Assembly: GCA_964405725.1 (NCBI GenBank)
Contig: CAYOOY010000005.1
Span: forward strand, 2,636-44,095
Direction: 5' to 3'
From: an uncultured Methanosarcinales archaeon
GTDB taxonomy: Archaea; Nanobdellota; Nanobdellia; Woesearchaeales; GW2011-AR9
DNA: 41,460 bases
Of the stretch, positions 1-8,978 are shown piece by piece. The position numbers and the translations under genes are program-made. The notes beneath the pieces were generated by a model that saw only the letters and a list, made by a program, of their open reading frames with translations, was not told the origin of the DNA and searched no databases. How positions within the stretch are numbered: position 1 is the stretch's first letter; each line of letters starts with the position of its first letter.

Positions 1-484
1 TCTTTTTTTTCTTTTTTTTGTTGAGTGCGCTGGTTCGTTTGGCAATGACAGCGATTGAATTTGGAGTAGTGCCTAGTTCTTGTGCAATTTCTTTATTGGA
101 TAGATTGTAAATTGTCTTTAGATGCAAAATCAGAGTTGTCATTATTGATTGTGAGTGGGAGAATAAAGATAGAGGAATAACAAATTTTGATTTAGTCAGT
201 AGAAGTTTATTTTGTTTCGCACTTGATCTTTTATACGCCTGCCAAATAGTTTGCTCTGATCGATTAAGAAGTGAAGCAACATTGGTATTAGAAAATTTTT
301 TGTGTTTTCGAAGATAATAAACGAGAGTCTCCATTGAAGATAATGTAGATTTAAAGATAGAAACAGGAATAGAAATATCAGAATTTACCTCAGAGAATAT
401 ATTTAATAGAGATTTGGCATCCAATTTATTGTGCTGATGCATACGTGAAAGCAATACTTTTAGCAGTTCTCTATCTGTGTCCAC
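1..484 (-). CDS. Helix-turn-helix DNA-binding protein with two tandem HTH units and a poly-Lys tail; partial, C-terminus runs off the window
   Basis: Absent from the ORF track because it has no stop inside the window. My minus-strand translation is open from the stop at 488-490 down to position 1: VDTDRELLKVLLSRMHQHNKL...IPVSIFKSTLSSMETLVYYLRKHKKFSNTNVASLLNRSEQTIWQAYKR...IPLSLFSHSQSIMTTLILHLKTIYNLSNKEIAQELGTTPNSIAVIAKRTSALNKKKKKK. The two units resemble sigma region 4 / LuxR-type HTH. The start is GTG at 484 or ATG at 442. A TATA-like TTATATAT (505-512, minus strand) lies about 25 nt upstream of the GTG. Confidence 0.5.
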   Translation of the reverse strand, partial: MDTDRELLKVLLSRMHQHNKLDAKSLLNIFSEVNSDISIPVSIFKSTLSSMETLVYYLRKHKKFSNTNVASLLNRSEQTIWQAYKRSSAKQNKLLLTKSKFVIPLSLFSHSQSIMTTLILHLKTIYNLSNKEIAQELGTTPNSIAVIAKRTSALNKKKKKK

Positions 485-627
485 ACCTTAGAAATACTAT
501 TTCCATATATAAGACTTACGTCAAAAACAAACATTTGTTTACTTTTTATTAATATTTATTTATATTTTTTAATAATTATTTACAACAGAGTGTAGTAAAA
601 ACTATAAATTCATGAACAAATAAAAAA

Positions 628-1380
628 CTAGAAATCTTTTGAGAATAATAAATCTGAAAGAACTGTTAAATAATGTCCCGTGTGATGATGTTCTAAAACA
701 TTTACTTTTAGGCCCTGTTGTTTTGCTCTTCGAATAAGCTTTAACCCACATTCATGAGGCACCACGTGGTCTTTTTGGGAAATGACAATATGCATCTTGG
801 TATTACGAAGTTGAGTAAGATTATTTTCTGGAGCAAGAGATTTCCACTCCTTTTTTAGCTTAATCAGTGAAAGTCCTTGTTTCTCAAATGCACGACGAAT
901 TTTTTGAGTACGAATTCCTTTCCATAAACATTCGGCCATACAGTTCCCGGGAGCATGCAATACTACTTTACTAACTTTAGGCACACTATTAGCAACCATG
1001 GTTGCAAGAACTGTTCCCATACTAAATCCAATTACATGAACTTCTTTAAAATCGTGTTTTTTTAATATCTCTGTTACATCATTATGGGCTTTTTCACGGA
1101 TTTGTTCAAAATAATGAGCAGTTGATTTATAATCTGCTGACAAAATCCTCGAAGAAAATTCATACTCTAAACAAGACATATTACTATGAAGAACCCTATC
1201 ACGCAATATTTGAACAGCAATTAATTTTGCATGCCAGGGAGGGAATATTACTACTAGAGTATCTGCGTCTTTCCTCTTAGAAAATCGTTTTTTAACATAT
1301 CTTTTTAGAAGTGTATGCTTTAAAGTTTCTTCTGGGTGATTACCATCAAGAAATTCAATGTAATATTTATCTTCTTCCAT
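628..1380 (-). CDS. Alpha/beta-fold hydrolase
   Basis: 250-aa ORF with a nucleophile elbow GFSMG (VHVIGFSMGTVLA), a later acidic residue (ISQKDHVVP) and a C-terminal His (HHHTGHYL), as expected for a Ser-Asp-His triad. Confidence 0.65.
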   Translation of the reverse strand: MEEDKYYIEFLDGNHPEETLKHTLLKRYVKKRFSKRKDADTLVVIFPPWHAKLIAVQILRDRVLHSNMSCLEYEFSSRILSADYKSTAHYFEQIREKAHNDVTEILKKHDFKEVHVIGFSMGTVLATMVANSVPKVSKVVLHAPGNCMAECLWKGIRTQKIRRAFEKQGLSLIKLKKEWKSLAPENNLTQLRNTKMHIVISQKDHVVPHECGLKLIRRAKQQGLKVNVLEHHHTGHYLTVLSDLLFSKDF

Positions 1381-1423
1381 AATTATCAGAATGTAGCAAG
1401 ATAATATAAATTTAACTAGCCTA

Positions 1424-2287
1424 CTACTTGCTAAACTTCTTGGATCCGATGAATTCTACAATCAATTGCGCCGCCAATTGTGCAGTTCTCATTTGAATAT
1501 CATGTCGTGGACTCATCTCCATTATATCTAATCCAACTACATTTAATTCAACAGCACACCGTTTTACTAATGATAACACATCGTTTGAGAGCAAACCAAA
1601 AGGAACTGGTGTATCAACAGCTGGCGCAAAAGACGGGTCTATTGAATCTAAATCAATCGATATGTATAATGGCATTTTTCCAATTTTTCGACGAATCTTA
1701 GAAAATACCTTTTTTAACCCAATTTCGGCGACGTCAAGAGCAGTAAAATGAGATATTTTATTTTTCTTTAAATTTATTCGTTCTTCTTCTTCAATAGATC
1801 GAAGACCTAATTGAACAACATGGCGCGGGGAATTACTTGGTAATTTACAGATATCATGAACTACTGAGCCATAATAATTTTCTGTTGAACTAACAATGTC
1901 TGGGTGCGCATCAAAATACAGCACGGCCATTTTGGGAAAATGTGGAGAAAAACCCTGAAGTACTTTGGTTGTTATAGAATGATCTCCTCCTAGAATAATT
2001 GGAATTTGATGTTTTTTAACAGAGGATAACACACGAGAGACTTGTTTTTTGGTTGAATTCCCATAGTCATGAAATGATAAATTCAACGACCCTCTCTCAG
2101 GAAGTATACGCATAGTTTTTCCTTTTCGTTTAAAACTAAGACGTTCATGTGAAGCTTTACGTATGGCCAATGGACCTTTACTTGCCCCATGACGATTCGA
2201 TTTATTTCCACTTTCATCAGGTACGCCAACTAATACTACATCAGCGTTAGCTTTTTTAGCACAATTGTGATAGGCAAATTTTTTCAT
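1424..2287 (-). CDS. Ureohydrolase of the arginase/agmatinase family, probably agmatinase
   Basis: Mn-binding motifs of the family are present: GGDHSIT, FDAHPD, SIDLDSIDPSFAPAV, GLDIMEMSP. Substrate cannot be determined from these motifs alone. Confidence 0.8.
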   Translation of the reverse strand: MKKFAYHNCAKKANADVVLVGVPDESGNKSNRHGASKGPLAIRKASHERLSFKRKGKTMRILPERGSLNLSFHDYGNSTKKQVSRVLSSVKKHQIPIILGGDHSITTKVLQGFSPHFPKMAVLYFDAHPDIVSSTENYYGSVVHDICKLPSNSPRHVVQLGLRSIEEEERINLKKNKISHFTALDVAEIGLKKVFSKIRRKIGKMPLYISIDLDSIDPSFAPAVDTPVPFGLLSNDVLSLVKRCAVELNVVGLDIMEMSPRHDIQMRTAQLAAQLIVEFIGSKKFSK

Positions 2288-2293
2288 TGAAGA

Positions 2294-3847
2294 TTACCCA
2301 ATATATTTCTGTTTAATTTTACTGTGTGAACCTTTGAAAGAACCAGTGTTATAGGGATGTAATTCGACAAGTGGAGAGAATTGCTTTGGAAATTCACGAA
2401 GTGCTTGCGCATATTCTTGACTAATGATACGTAAATGTTTAACAAAAGATTTCTCGATTTTTTTTGAGAGAGAAGGACTTGGTTTTACACCTTTTTCTAA
2501 TTCTAGACGAAGAACTAAACGCGCACCTTTTTTCCCCGCAGCATTTATTTTAAATGTATGCACTTTTTTTGTTAATGTAGTGTCTTTCATTAACGCCATT
2601 TCTACTTGTGAGGGATAGATGTTTGTTCCATTGATTGAAATAGTTCCGTCGCTTCGACCATAAACAACAAGGAATGGAAGATGTAAAATGTCCGAATGTT
2701 TACTATTCATAAATCGTTTAACTTTTGGACCTCCATATTTTTCTAGAAGGTCAATCATTTCATTATACGGTATTTGTTTGCCTTCATCATGAATGTTATA
2801 TTTCACTTTAGGTGCAGAGGCTTCCGGGTCGAGTAAGGTTACGGTAAATTCACTTGTTTTTTTGCCATGCTTATCCACCGTTTCACAATTTTCAATGTAA
2901 TGAGCTAGTGGATTATATTGAAAGACCATAGGAATTCTTCCAGGAAGAGATATGCGAGATGCCAACCCTTTTCTTTGGGGAAGTAAATCACGAATAAACG
3001 AAGAAAAAGGTGTTTCAAAAGCAACACCAATATCAAGATCTGAAGCACCATATCCCGAGAATATACGAGATTTTTCACCAACAATGTCCCTTATGTGTTG
3101 CTTGTAGCCAAAGACAAATCCTTCACCGCCAACACATACATCTACTTCATATTTTTTCCAATCAACTTTTCGTTTCGTTTGGTCAAATAAAATTTTACAA
3201 AAAGGTGGATATCCTGCAATTAAATAATGATATTTTGGTCCAAATTCTTTGATAACATCAACAACCCTATTAATATCTGGGCCAGTATTTTTTACAATCC
3301 CTACATGCTCAAAAAATTCACAGAATTTCAAATCAGTAGTCCATGGACCAGGAGACCAACAACTAATAATTATTGATTGTCTATTTGAGAGTTTGAATAA
3401 ATATTCTGCTTCAAATTTTACCCCCTGTTGCAATGTGTTATCTTCACCAAGGCTTTTAATCCAATTTGTTGGATGACCCGAACTCCCTGATGATTCTTCA
3501 ATTATACCTTCATCTGGCAATCTACCGTAATAGCAAAGATCCTCAAATTTATTCTTTTTAACATAATTATTTTTAGTCGTTTGAGGTAACTTATTATGAA
3601 ATTGTTTGATAGAACGAATAAAGTAGGGTCTGATTTTCTGTTCCCTTAAGAATTGTTTATAGGCAGGAATTGTCTTTGCTGCCTTTTTGAAAATAGCAAG
3701 AGCTTTTTTTTCTGAGAGAAGTTCCATAACTTTAGGATCAGAGTACGCTAAAAAATTTTTTGATAATTTGTAACTTTTAAGCAAGATGCCTTCCAAGAAA
3801 TGAGAAAGACCAAGTGGAGTTGCCTTTACAAGTAAACGTCTTATCAT
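2294..3847 (-). CDS. Adenylate-forming enzyme of the PaaK / coenzyme F390 synthetase-like (CapK-like) type
   Basis: 517-aa ORF with an AMP-binding P-loop-like motif SSGSSGHPT followed by W. It ends 6 nt upstream of the ureohydrolase gene on the same strand. Confidence 0.55.
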   Translation of the reverse strand: MIRRLLVKATPLGLSHFLEGILLKSYKLSKNFLAYSDPKVMELLSEKKALAIFKKAAKTIPAYKQFLREQKIRPYFIRSIKQFHNKLPQTTKNNYVKKNKFEDLCYYGRLPDEGIIEESSGSSGHPTNWIKSLGEDNTLQQGVKFEAEYLFKLSNRQSIIISCWSPGPWTTDLKFCEFFEHVGIVKNTGPDINRVVDVIKEFGPKYHYLIAGYPPFCKILFDQTKRKVDWKKYEVDVCVGGEGFVFGYKQHIRDIVGEKSRIFSGYGASDLDIGVAFETPFSSFIRDLLPQRKGLASRISLPGRIPMVFQYNPLAHYIENCETVDKHGKKTSEFTVTLLDPEASAPKVKYNIHDEGKQIPYNEMIDLLEKYGGPKVKRFMNSKHSDILHLPFLVVYGRSDGTISINGTNIYPSQVEMALMKDTTLTKKVHTFKINAAGKKGARLVLRLELEKGVKPSPSLSKKIEKSFVKHLRIISQEYAQALREFPKQFSPLVELHPYNTGSFKGSHSKIKQKYIG

Positions 3848-3864
3848 ATAGGTCCTACAAAACC

Positions 3865-3880
3865 CATATTTTTAAATATG
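3865..3880. promoter_or_regulatory. Near-palindromic TATA-like element shared by two divergent genes
   Basis: CATATTTTTAAATATG has 7-bp arms (CATATTT/AAATATG) and sits inside the 54-bp spacer. Its centre is about 25 nt from the ATG at 3847 (minus) and about 30 nt from the ATG at 3902 (plus). That spacing fits archaeal leaderless promoters. Confidence 0.45.
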
Positions 3881-3901
3881 AGTCGTCATTTTTGAGTAGT
3901 C

Positions 3902-5938
3902 ATGGTTGCAGAAGTAGTAGAAGTGCCTAAATTGAAGGCTATTGCAGTACAATATTTGCTAGCCCATGCTGAACAACCTAGTTTATTATCTACATCAACC
4001 ATTCCACAACTTCGTGAATTTGCCAAAAGAGAACCCTTTTTAGATGAATTTCTCAAATTGGTGCATTCTCGCGTAGGATATAGCGAGGTAAAGTTGTTTA
4101 ACACAGAATGGTTTATGCCACAGTCAAAATTTGTTGAAATTCAAGATTGCTTTAAAGAAATCACAGGTATTAATAATCCAGCGCATTATCGTGAATTTGG
4201 AAGAATTGTACCTTCATTAAGTTCTCCCCTTTTACAACTTGCTTCTCGAACATTTGGACCCGCAGGAGTCATTAATGCAAGCTCTCGTTACAATACAGGA
4301 TTTAACAATGATCAACAGATTGTTATTGAAGAGCTAGCTACAAATAAAGGACTTGTAGAAGCAGTTGTACAACATTATTTTTTACCTCGTACAAAGGATA
4401 ATCCAGCATATCGAGAAATGGTCGATGCAGCCTTGGGATATTGGGAGGGAGTTCCAGGATTATGGGGATTTCCTGTAAGAGGAGATGTACAAATGAATGA
4501 GATTCAAATTCCTTTAGATACATTAGTAGAACACGACTATAAGTACCTTGGTTTGAACTACAACGAAAAGGGGAATGCAATTCGCATTAATGGTGAAACA
4601 ATAGGAGAAAAAGTACCTCTTAATGAGGTATTAGCATATGATCCTCGAATAGAATTTCTAGAGAAACCAACTTCAGAATATACTCCAGTAAGGATTATGG
4701 AAAATGTAATAATTAAAGGAGATACCATTTTTCGTGAAGGAGAATTATATGGGATGCCTTGTAATAGATATACTGTAAAAATTCCAAATATTGGATTTTT
4801 TCGAAGAATGGGTTTTGCTATATCTCAATTCGTTAAAGATCGACAACAGAATAGTGAAAAGGACACACATCGAATTACTATTACAAGGCCCGAAGATATT
4901 ACAGCGTTTGAATTATTAGGACAGGCCGATAGGGCAAACCAAGATAAATTACAAGCAGATCTTGATAAAGAAAAAGCAAATAGAGAAGCTGCAGAAGCAA
5001 AAGCAGCAGAAGCAAAAGCACGTGAAGAGGCAGCGAATGTGGAAAAAGAAGCAGCAGAAGCGCGTGTGTATCTTCAAGAACAAGTATCAGGTGCAAACAG
5101 AATTTTTGGTCATGTTAAAGGATTAGCGCATGATGATAAAAATTCAGCAATTGCAATTAATGGGGAGGCAATTTTTTACCTCGATACGCTTATTGCACGT
5201 TATAACCCGGAATATCACACACAACATGGAAAACTAGCAACGTCACCACAAGAATTAGGAGACATAATTGGCCAAGTAATGGAATTTCCTTCGATTGATG
5301 ATCATGTTTTGGAATTTGCTCGTCTTACAAATCAAATATTGGGAAAAACATCCGAGATTGTTGTTAATAGTAAAGATATAATGTCTGGTGGTATTGAGAC
5401 AAAATTAGAAGATTTTTATTTAGCGGATGTTGTAATGCCAATTATTGAGGCAGTACGAAAAGTTCATCCGACAGTCGAAATTTCGTATGTGGCACCTGAA
5501 GAAACAAGTATCTATCAATGTGACAGGCGTCAAATTAAAATTGCATTAACTAATTTGATAGAAAATGCTGCAAGCGCAAGTGTGCCGGGAGGAAGAGTGG
5601 CCTACGTATCTTATAGCCAATCGGCAGGTGGACGAAATTTAAGTATCAATCATATTTTTCAGACAGGAGTAATGTCTGATGACGTTGAACATAAATTAAA
5701 CATAGGAGAACAATTTTCTACAAAAGGAGATAAAGGCAATGCAACAGGAGCTTTGGCAAGTAAATCAATCATTGAACAAACACATAATGGGACGTTAAGA
5801 TATATTTCATTAATGCACGATAATTTACGATCAGAAATGCGTAAACGAAGAATCAGACATTTGCCCCGATTACAAAAACAAACACCGTATCAAGAATTAG
5901 TACAAGACTATAAATCCGCAATAGAATTTGTATTCTAA
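3902..5938 (+). CDS. Soluble histidine-kinase-like protein: unknown N-terminal domain, Ala/Glu/Lys coiled coil, H-box-like segment, HATPase_c
   Basis: 678 aa with no obvious TM segment. It has a coiled coil (ANREAAEAKAAEAKAREEAANVEKEAAEAR), an H-box-like FGHVKGLAHDDKNS, an N-box IKIALTNLIENAASAS and a G2-like FSTKGDKGNATGALASKSIIEQTHNGTL. The G1 (DxGxG) box is not recognisable. Confidence 0.6.
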   Translation: MVAEVVEVPKLKAIAVQYLLAHAEQPSLLSTSTIPQLREFAKREPFLDEFLKLVHSRVGYSEVKLFNTEWFMPQSKFVEIQDCFKEITGINNPAHYREFGRIVPSLSSPLLQLASRTFGPAGVINASSRYNTGFNNDQQIVIEELATNKGLVEAVVQHYFLPRTKDNPAYREMVDAALGYWEGVPGLWGFPVRGDVQMNEIQIPLDTLVEHDYKYLGLNYNEKGNAIRINGETIGEKVPLNEVLAYDPRIEFLEKPTSEYTPVRIMENVIIKGDTIFREGELYGMPCNRYTVKIPNIGFFRRMGFAISQFVKDRQQNSEKDTHRITITRPEDITAFELLGQADRANQDKLQADLDKEKANREAAEAKAAEAKAREEAANVEKEAAEARVYLQEQVSGANRIFGHVKGLAHDDKNSAIAINGEAIFYLDTLIARYNPEYHTQHGKLATSPQELGDIIGQVMEFPSIDDHVLEFARLTNQILGKTSEIVVNSKDIMSGGIETKLEDFYLADVVMPIIEAVRKVHPTVEISYVAPEETSIYQCDRRQIKIALTNLIENAASASVPGGRVAYVSYSQSAGGRNLSINHIFQTGVMSDDVEHKLNIGEQFSTKGDKGNATGALASKSIIEQTHNGTLRYISLMHDNLRSEMRKRRIRHLPRLQKQTPYQELVQDYKSAIEFVF

Positions 5939-5985
5939 GTAGCCTAATTAAATAAAAAGTAAAAATTATTAAAGAAAAAATAAAA

Positions 5986-6519
5986 TTAAAAAATATTTAT
6001 TTTAGGTTGATTTCCTGCATAAATGTCATCAACCACACTTCTAAGAGCAGGGCCATACTGTCCCACTATAGTTGATCTTAAATTTGGATTGGTTGCTTTT
6101 TCCATACCATACACATCGATAGTTTGTGGCGCAGTCGCAAAGTCGGGATCTAATCCAGATCCACCAATACTTACTTGACCTTTCTTGGAAGTTGCAACAA
6201 GTATTTTGGTTAAGCCTGGCAAATTACCATCTTCTTTTGCATCAAAAAGATCAAAGAAAAGATCTTTACCTTGAAAATCACGTCCTTCGTAATGTAAATC
6301 TAACACAATTAGATCATTTGAAGATATGTTTAAGCTATTCCAATACGCTGATTTTTGCTCATATGCTCTATCAATATCTACTACATGTAATTCATATTGA
6401 CTACTTCCTGTTTCTAAAGACGCCATTGCATGTGACGCATCCGCTATTTCTTCTAAGCTTGACCTTGCTTGTTTAATAAGGGCAACTTGATCTTCTGCTA
6501 AAAAAATTCTTCGTGACAT
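5986..6519 (-). CDS. Stand-alone receiver (CheY-like) domain protein, atypical
   Basis: Acidic pocket RRIFLAEDQ, putative phospho-acceptor LIVLDLHY, Thr/Ser position ILVATSKKG, Lys position VYGMEKAT. It is a paralog of the adjacent 223-aa ORF. Confidence 0.55.
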   Translation of the reverse strand: MSRRIFLAEDQVALIKQARSSLEEIADASHAMASLETGSSQYELHVVDIDRAYEQKSAYWNSLNISSNDLIVLDLHYEGRDFQGKDLFFDLFDAKEDGNLPGLTKILVATSKKGQVSIGGSGLDPDFATAPQTIDVYGMEKATNPNLRSTIVGQYGPALRSVVDDIYAGNQPKINIF

Positions 6520-6521
6520 TT

Positions 6522-7193
6522 TTATTGGGCCTCCTTTGGCGTTTTACCTACAGGCATCCATTCTTCTGAAGTAGGATGTTGTGTAGGTTGTTGTATATGA
6601 GCGTCTTCTGCTCTAAAAAAATCAGTTGATACTTTTTGTCCTTCTGATGAAGCATTTAATTGAGGTAATTCACCATTACGCATTAAATAAAATCCTTCCA
6701 ATAGGCGAGCGCCATGACTTAGTGAATCATCTTTTTCTAACCCATATATGGCAATTGATTTTGGATTAATAAAGGCAATATCAACATTTACAGTATCTGG
6801 ATTAATTTGATCTTTTTCACTTGTATACAATAAGATTTGATCTATACATGCTATTTGCTTGAAGCTACCGGATTGCTTCCATGTTGCAAAATCACTCGCA
6901 ATATCAATTCCCGTATATCCCAATGCTTGACTAACATCACCATCCCTGCGAGCATGTTTATAATTCAAATCAAGAGCAATATTTACTTGATCTTCAAGTT
7001 TTATTCCCTTAAAGATAATTTCATCCCAGTAATGAGGATTTCCTATATTTGCAGGATCTACGGTGCGAACAATATATCCATGAGAAGGCAATTGAAGATT
7101 TGCACTTTTCAATACTTCCATATCATCATCAATAATAATTGCGTATTTTTTAAAACTCATTTCAGAGCCTGCTGGAACGTCATAATTAGTCAT
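6522..7193 (-). CDS. Stand-alone receiver (CheY-like) domain protein, atypical, with an unstructured-looking C-terminal tail
   Basis: KKYAIIIDDD acidic pocket, NIALDLNY acceptor Asp, ILLYTSEKD, IAIYGLEKDD. AAAGGTGAAATT precedes the ATG as an SD. The gene ends 2 nt before the next receiver gene. Confidence 0.55.
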   Translation of the reverse strand: MTNYDVPAGSEMSFKKYAIIIDDDMEVLKSANLQLPSHGYIVRTVDPANIGNPHYWDEIIFKGIKLEDQVNIALDLNYKHARRDGDVSQALGYTGIDIASDFATWKQSGSFKQIACIDQILLYTSEKDQINPDTVNVDIAFINPKSIAIYGLEKDDSLSHGARLLEGFYLMRNGELPQLNASSEGQKVSTDFFRAEDAHIQQPTQHPTSEEWMPVGKTPKEAQ

Positions 7194-7345
7194 AATTTCA
7201 CCTTTAGGTTTTTGTTTACCACTTTTGAATTAAAACAACTTATAAACATTGTTATACTGTAGGATATACGTCATTTGTGTAGTTATTTGTTTGGTTATTG
7301 ATCTAAATACTGATAAATCCAATCAGAAAATCAATTAAGATATTT

Positions 7346-8197
7346 CTACCTTTTAGAAAATATCATCTCAAGTGCCATTACAACTACCAAACCTGCAACT
7401 ACAAAAGGTATAAAATACCACATAGGAGCTGAAGATTGAGACATGTGAGTCCATGGAATTCTTAGAGACCCTACCATTAATCCAATTAAAAAAGAAAATG
7501 TTAGAAACTTATAATTCTTAAGAAGATAATCGACTAATTTCGAGAATCCAAGGAGTCCAACAAGACATCCTGCAGCGAAAACAGAGAGAATAACAAATTT
7601 CATATTATGGATTGCATTTAAAATGTACTGATATTGGCCAAATAAAACAAGAAGAAACGAACCAGAGATTCCGGGTAGGATCATAGCGCTTATTGCAATG
7701 ACTCCTGAAATAAAAATAATGAAAAGTGAGTGATTAAGTTGAATATTTGCATTTGTTGAGATAACGAATGCAACTAGAAAACCAAATATCATGAATATTG
7801 ACCTTTGAAGATTTATTCTTCCAGTATTTTTGTATAAAAATAATGCTGAAGCAATTATTAATCCTAAAAAAAAAGCAAAGGTATACGCAAGATATGAGGT
7901 TAATAAAAAATCAATCAATCTTGAAAAGACAATAATTGAAGTGAGAATTCCGGCGCCAAGTGGGAGAAAAAGTGCAAAATCATGTGACCGTAGCACAGCA
8001 AATCCCCTTCTCCATTTACCAAGTAAAAATAGCCACAGAAAAGAGAGATCAACTGTTGAAACTGCATGTACCAATCGTTCATAAATTCCCGTAATAAGCG
8101 CAATAGTTCCGCCAGAAACACCTGGTATGACATCAGCGATACCCATACACATCCCTCTCAGGTAAATAAATAAAGCCTGCGTTGTTTTTTTAATCAC
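7346..8197 (-). CDS. DUF368-family integral membrane protein
   Basis: The signature GIADVIPGVSGGTIALITGIYERL is repeated later as LPGISGSFLLVLFGQY, and the protein has multiple hydrophobic helices. Confidence 0.75.
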   Translation of the reverse strand: MIKKTTQALFIYLRGMCMGIADVIPGVSGGTIALITGIYERLVHAVSTVDLSFLWLFLLGKWRRGFAVLRSHDFALFLPLGAGILTSIIVFSRLIDFLLTSYLAYTFAFFLGLIIASALFLYKNTGRINLQRSIFMIFGFLVAFVISTNANIQLNHSLFIIFISGVIAISAMILPGISGSFLLVLFGQYQYILNAIHNMKFVILSVFAAGCLVGLLGFSKLVDYLLKNYKFLTFSFLIGLMVGSLRIPWTHMSQSSAPMWYFIPFVVAGLVVVMALEMIFSKR

Positions 8198-8221
8198 AAA
8201 ATTGTGTTGCGTGACTTGTAT

Positions 8222-8344
8222 TTAAAGGTTTATGCGACTCTTGCAATAATGACATACCGCATTAAGAATTCCTGTGAATTGAAAGGTGTTTATTTTTTTC
8301 TTACAATGAGGACAATCAATTAATGTATGTGTAATGTGTACCAC
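8222..8344 (-). CDS. Candidate 40-aa zinc-ribbon mini-protein
   Basis: Found in my own translation and too short for the track: VVHITHTLIDCPHCKKKINTFQFTGILNAVCHYCKSRINL, with two CxxC knuckles 17 residues apart. It has a GTG start and no ATG, and lies in an otherwise unassigned 217-bp spacer. Confidence 0.3.
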   Translation of the reverse strand: MVHITHTLIDCPHCKKKINTFQFTGILNAVCHYCKSRINL

Positions 8345-8414
8345 CCATTAAAATGATTTTATATATTATTTATTAATAAGTATTGAAAAGAAAAGAAAAA
8401 TTAAAAGAAAAAAA

Positions 8415-8891
8415 TTAATCTGAAGCTAGTTTCCACACACGATGTACTGCTAAAATAAGTGCACCTGGAATTACAAACACAGCCAAATTGTTAAGAGAGA
8501 TCTTTAAAATTAGACCAATCCCATACACTAAATGCAAATTTGCCATAGCTGCAACCATTAACGCGAGTGCTGCAAGTAAAAAAGCATCTGTATCTTTTGC
8601 TGTTAAATTAAATAATCCAACGAGAATACCTAATGTGAAAAATGTTGTCATATACACAACATCTGCCTTTAAACCAAATAGCTTATCAAACTGTGAATGA
8701 AAAATTCCTACTAATACAGCAAGAGCCATTCCAATTAAAAAAGCGAAATGAGCAAGTTTGTGTAATTCAATTTCCTCTTTTTTCCAGAAACTCATTTTAG
8801 GTGTTATTTTCGTTTGAGCAGAATATGTAGACTTGGTAACTCTTCTAGATCTAGCTTTTGAAGTAGATTTACGAACTCTTTTTTTAACCAT
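8415..8891 (-). CDS. Membrane protein with a basic N-terminus and four predicted TM helices
   Basis: The ORF track gives 8415..8900. I prefer the ATG at 8891 (MVKKRVRK) because AGGTGA lies 5 nt upstream. The C-terminal two thirds are hydrophobic. Confidence 0.6.
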   Translation of the reverse strand: MVKKRVRKSTSKARSRRVTKSTYSAQTKITPKMSFWKKEEIELHKLAHFAFLIGMALAVLVGIFHSQFDKLFGLKADVVYMTTFFTLGILVGLFNLTAKDTDAFLLAALALMVAAMANLHLVYGIGLILKISLNNLAVFVIPGALILAVHRVWKLASD

Positions 8892-8978
8892 TACTATCAC
8901 CTCTTGCCTACAATAAACTCATTGTAGTATATAAATTATTCGGATTATGTTTTTATAGAGATACGTTATATTCATGTT

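Noticed and set aside
1-20. Long T runs at the window edge (TCTTTTTTTTCTTTTTTTTG), considered as a terminator or integration scar
   Set aside because: On the minus strand the run is in frame with the HTH ORF and encodes its poly-Lys tail.
545-575. Short palindrome AAACAAA-CA-TTTGTTT in the spacer between the hydrolase gene end and the HTH gene start
   Set aside because: The AT-only 7-bp arms are expected by chance in this composition. There is no supporting T-run or conservation evidence, so I do not call it a terminator or operator.
4991-5020. Perfect tandem duplication of the 15-mer GCAGAAGCAAAAGCA
   Set aside because: It lies in frame inside the kinase-like gene and encodes AEAKA AEAKA within an Ala/Glu/Lys coiled coil. 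This is coding low complexity, not a CRISPR repeat or satellite.
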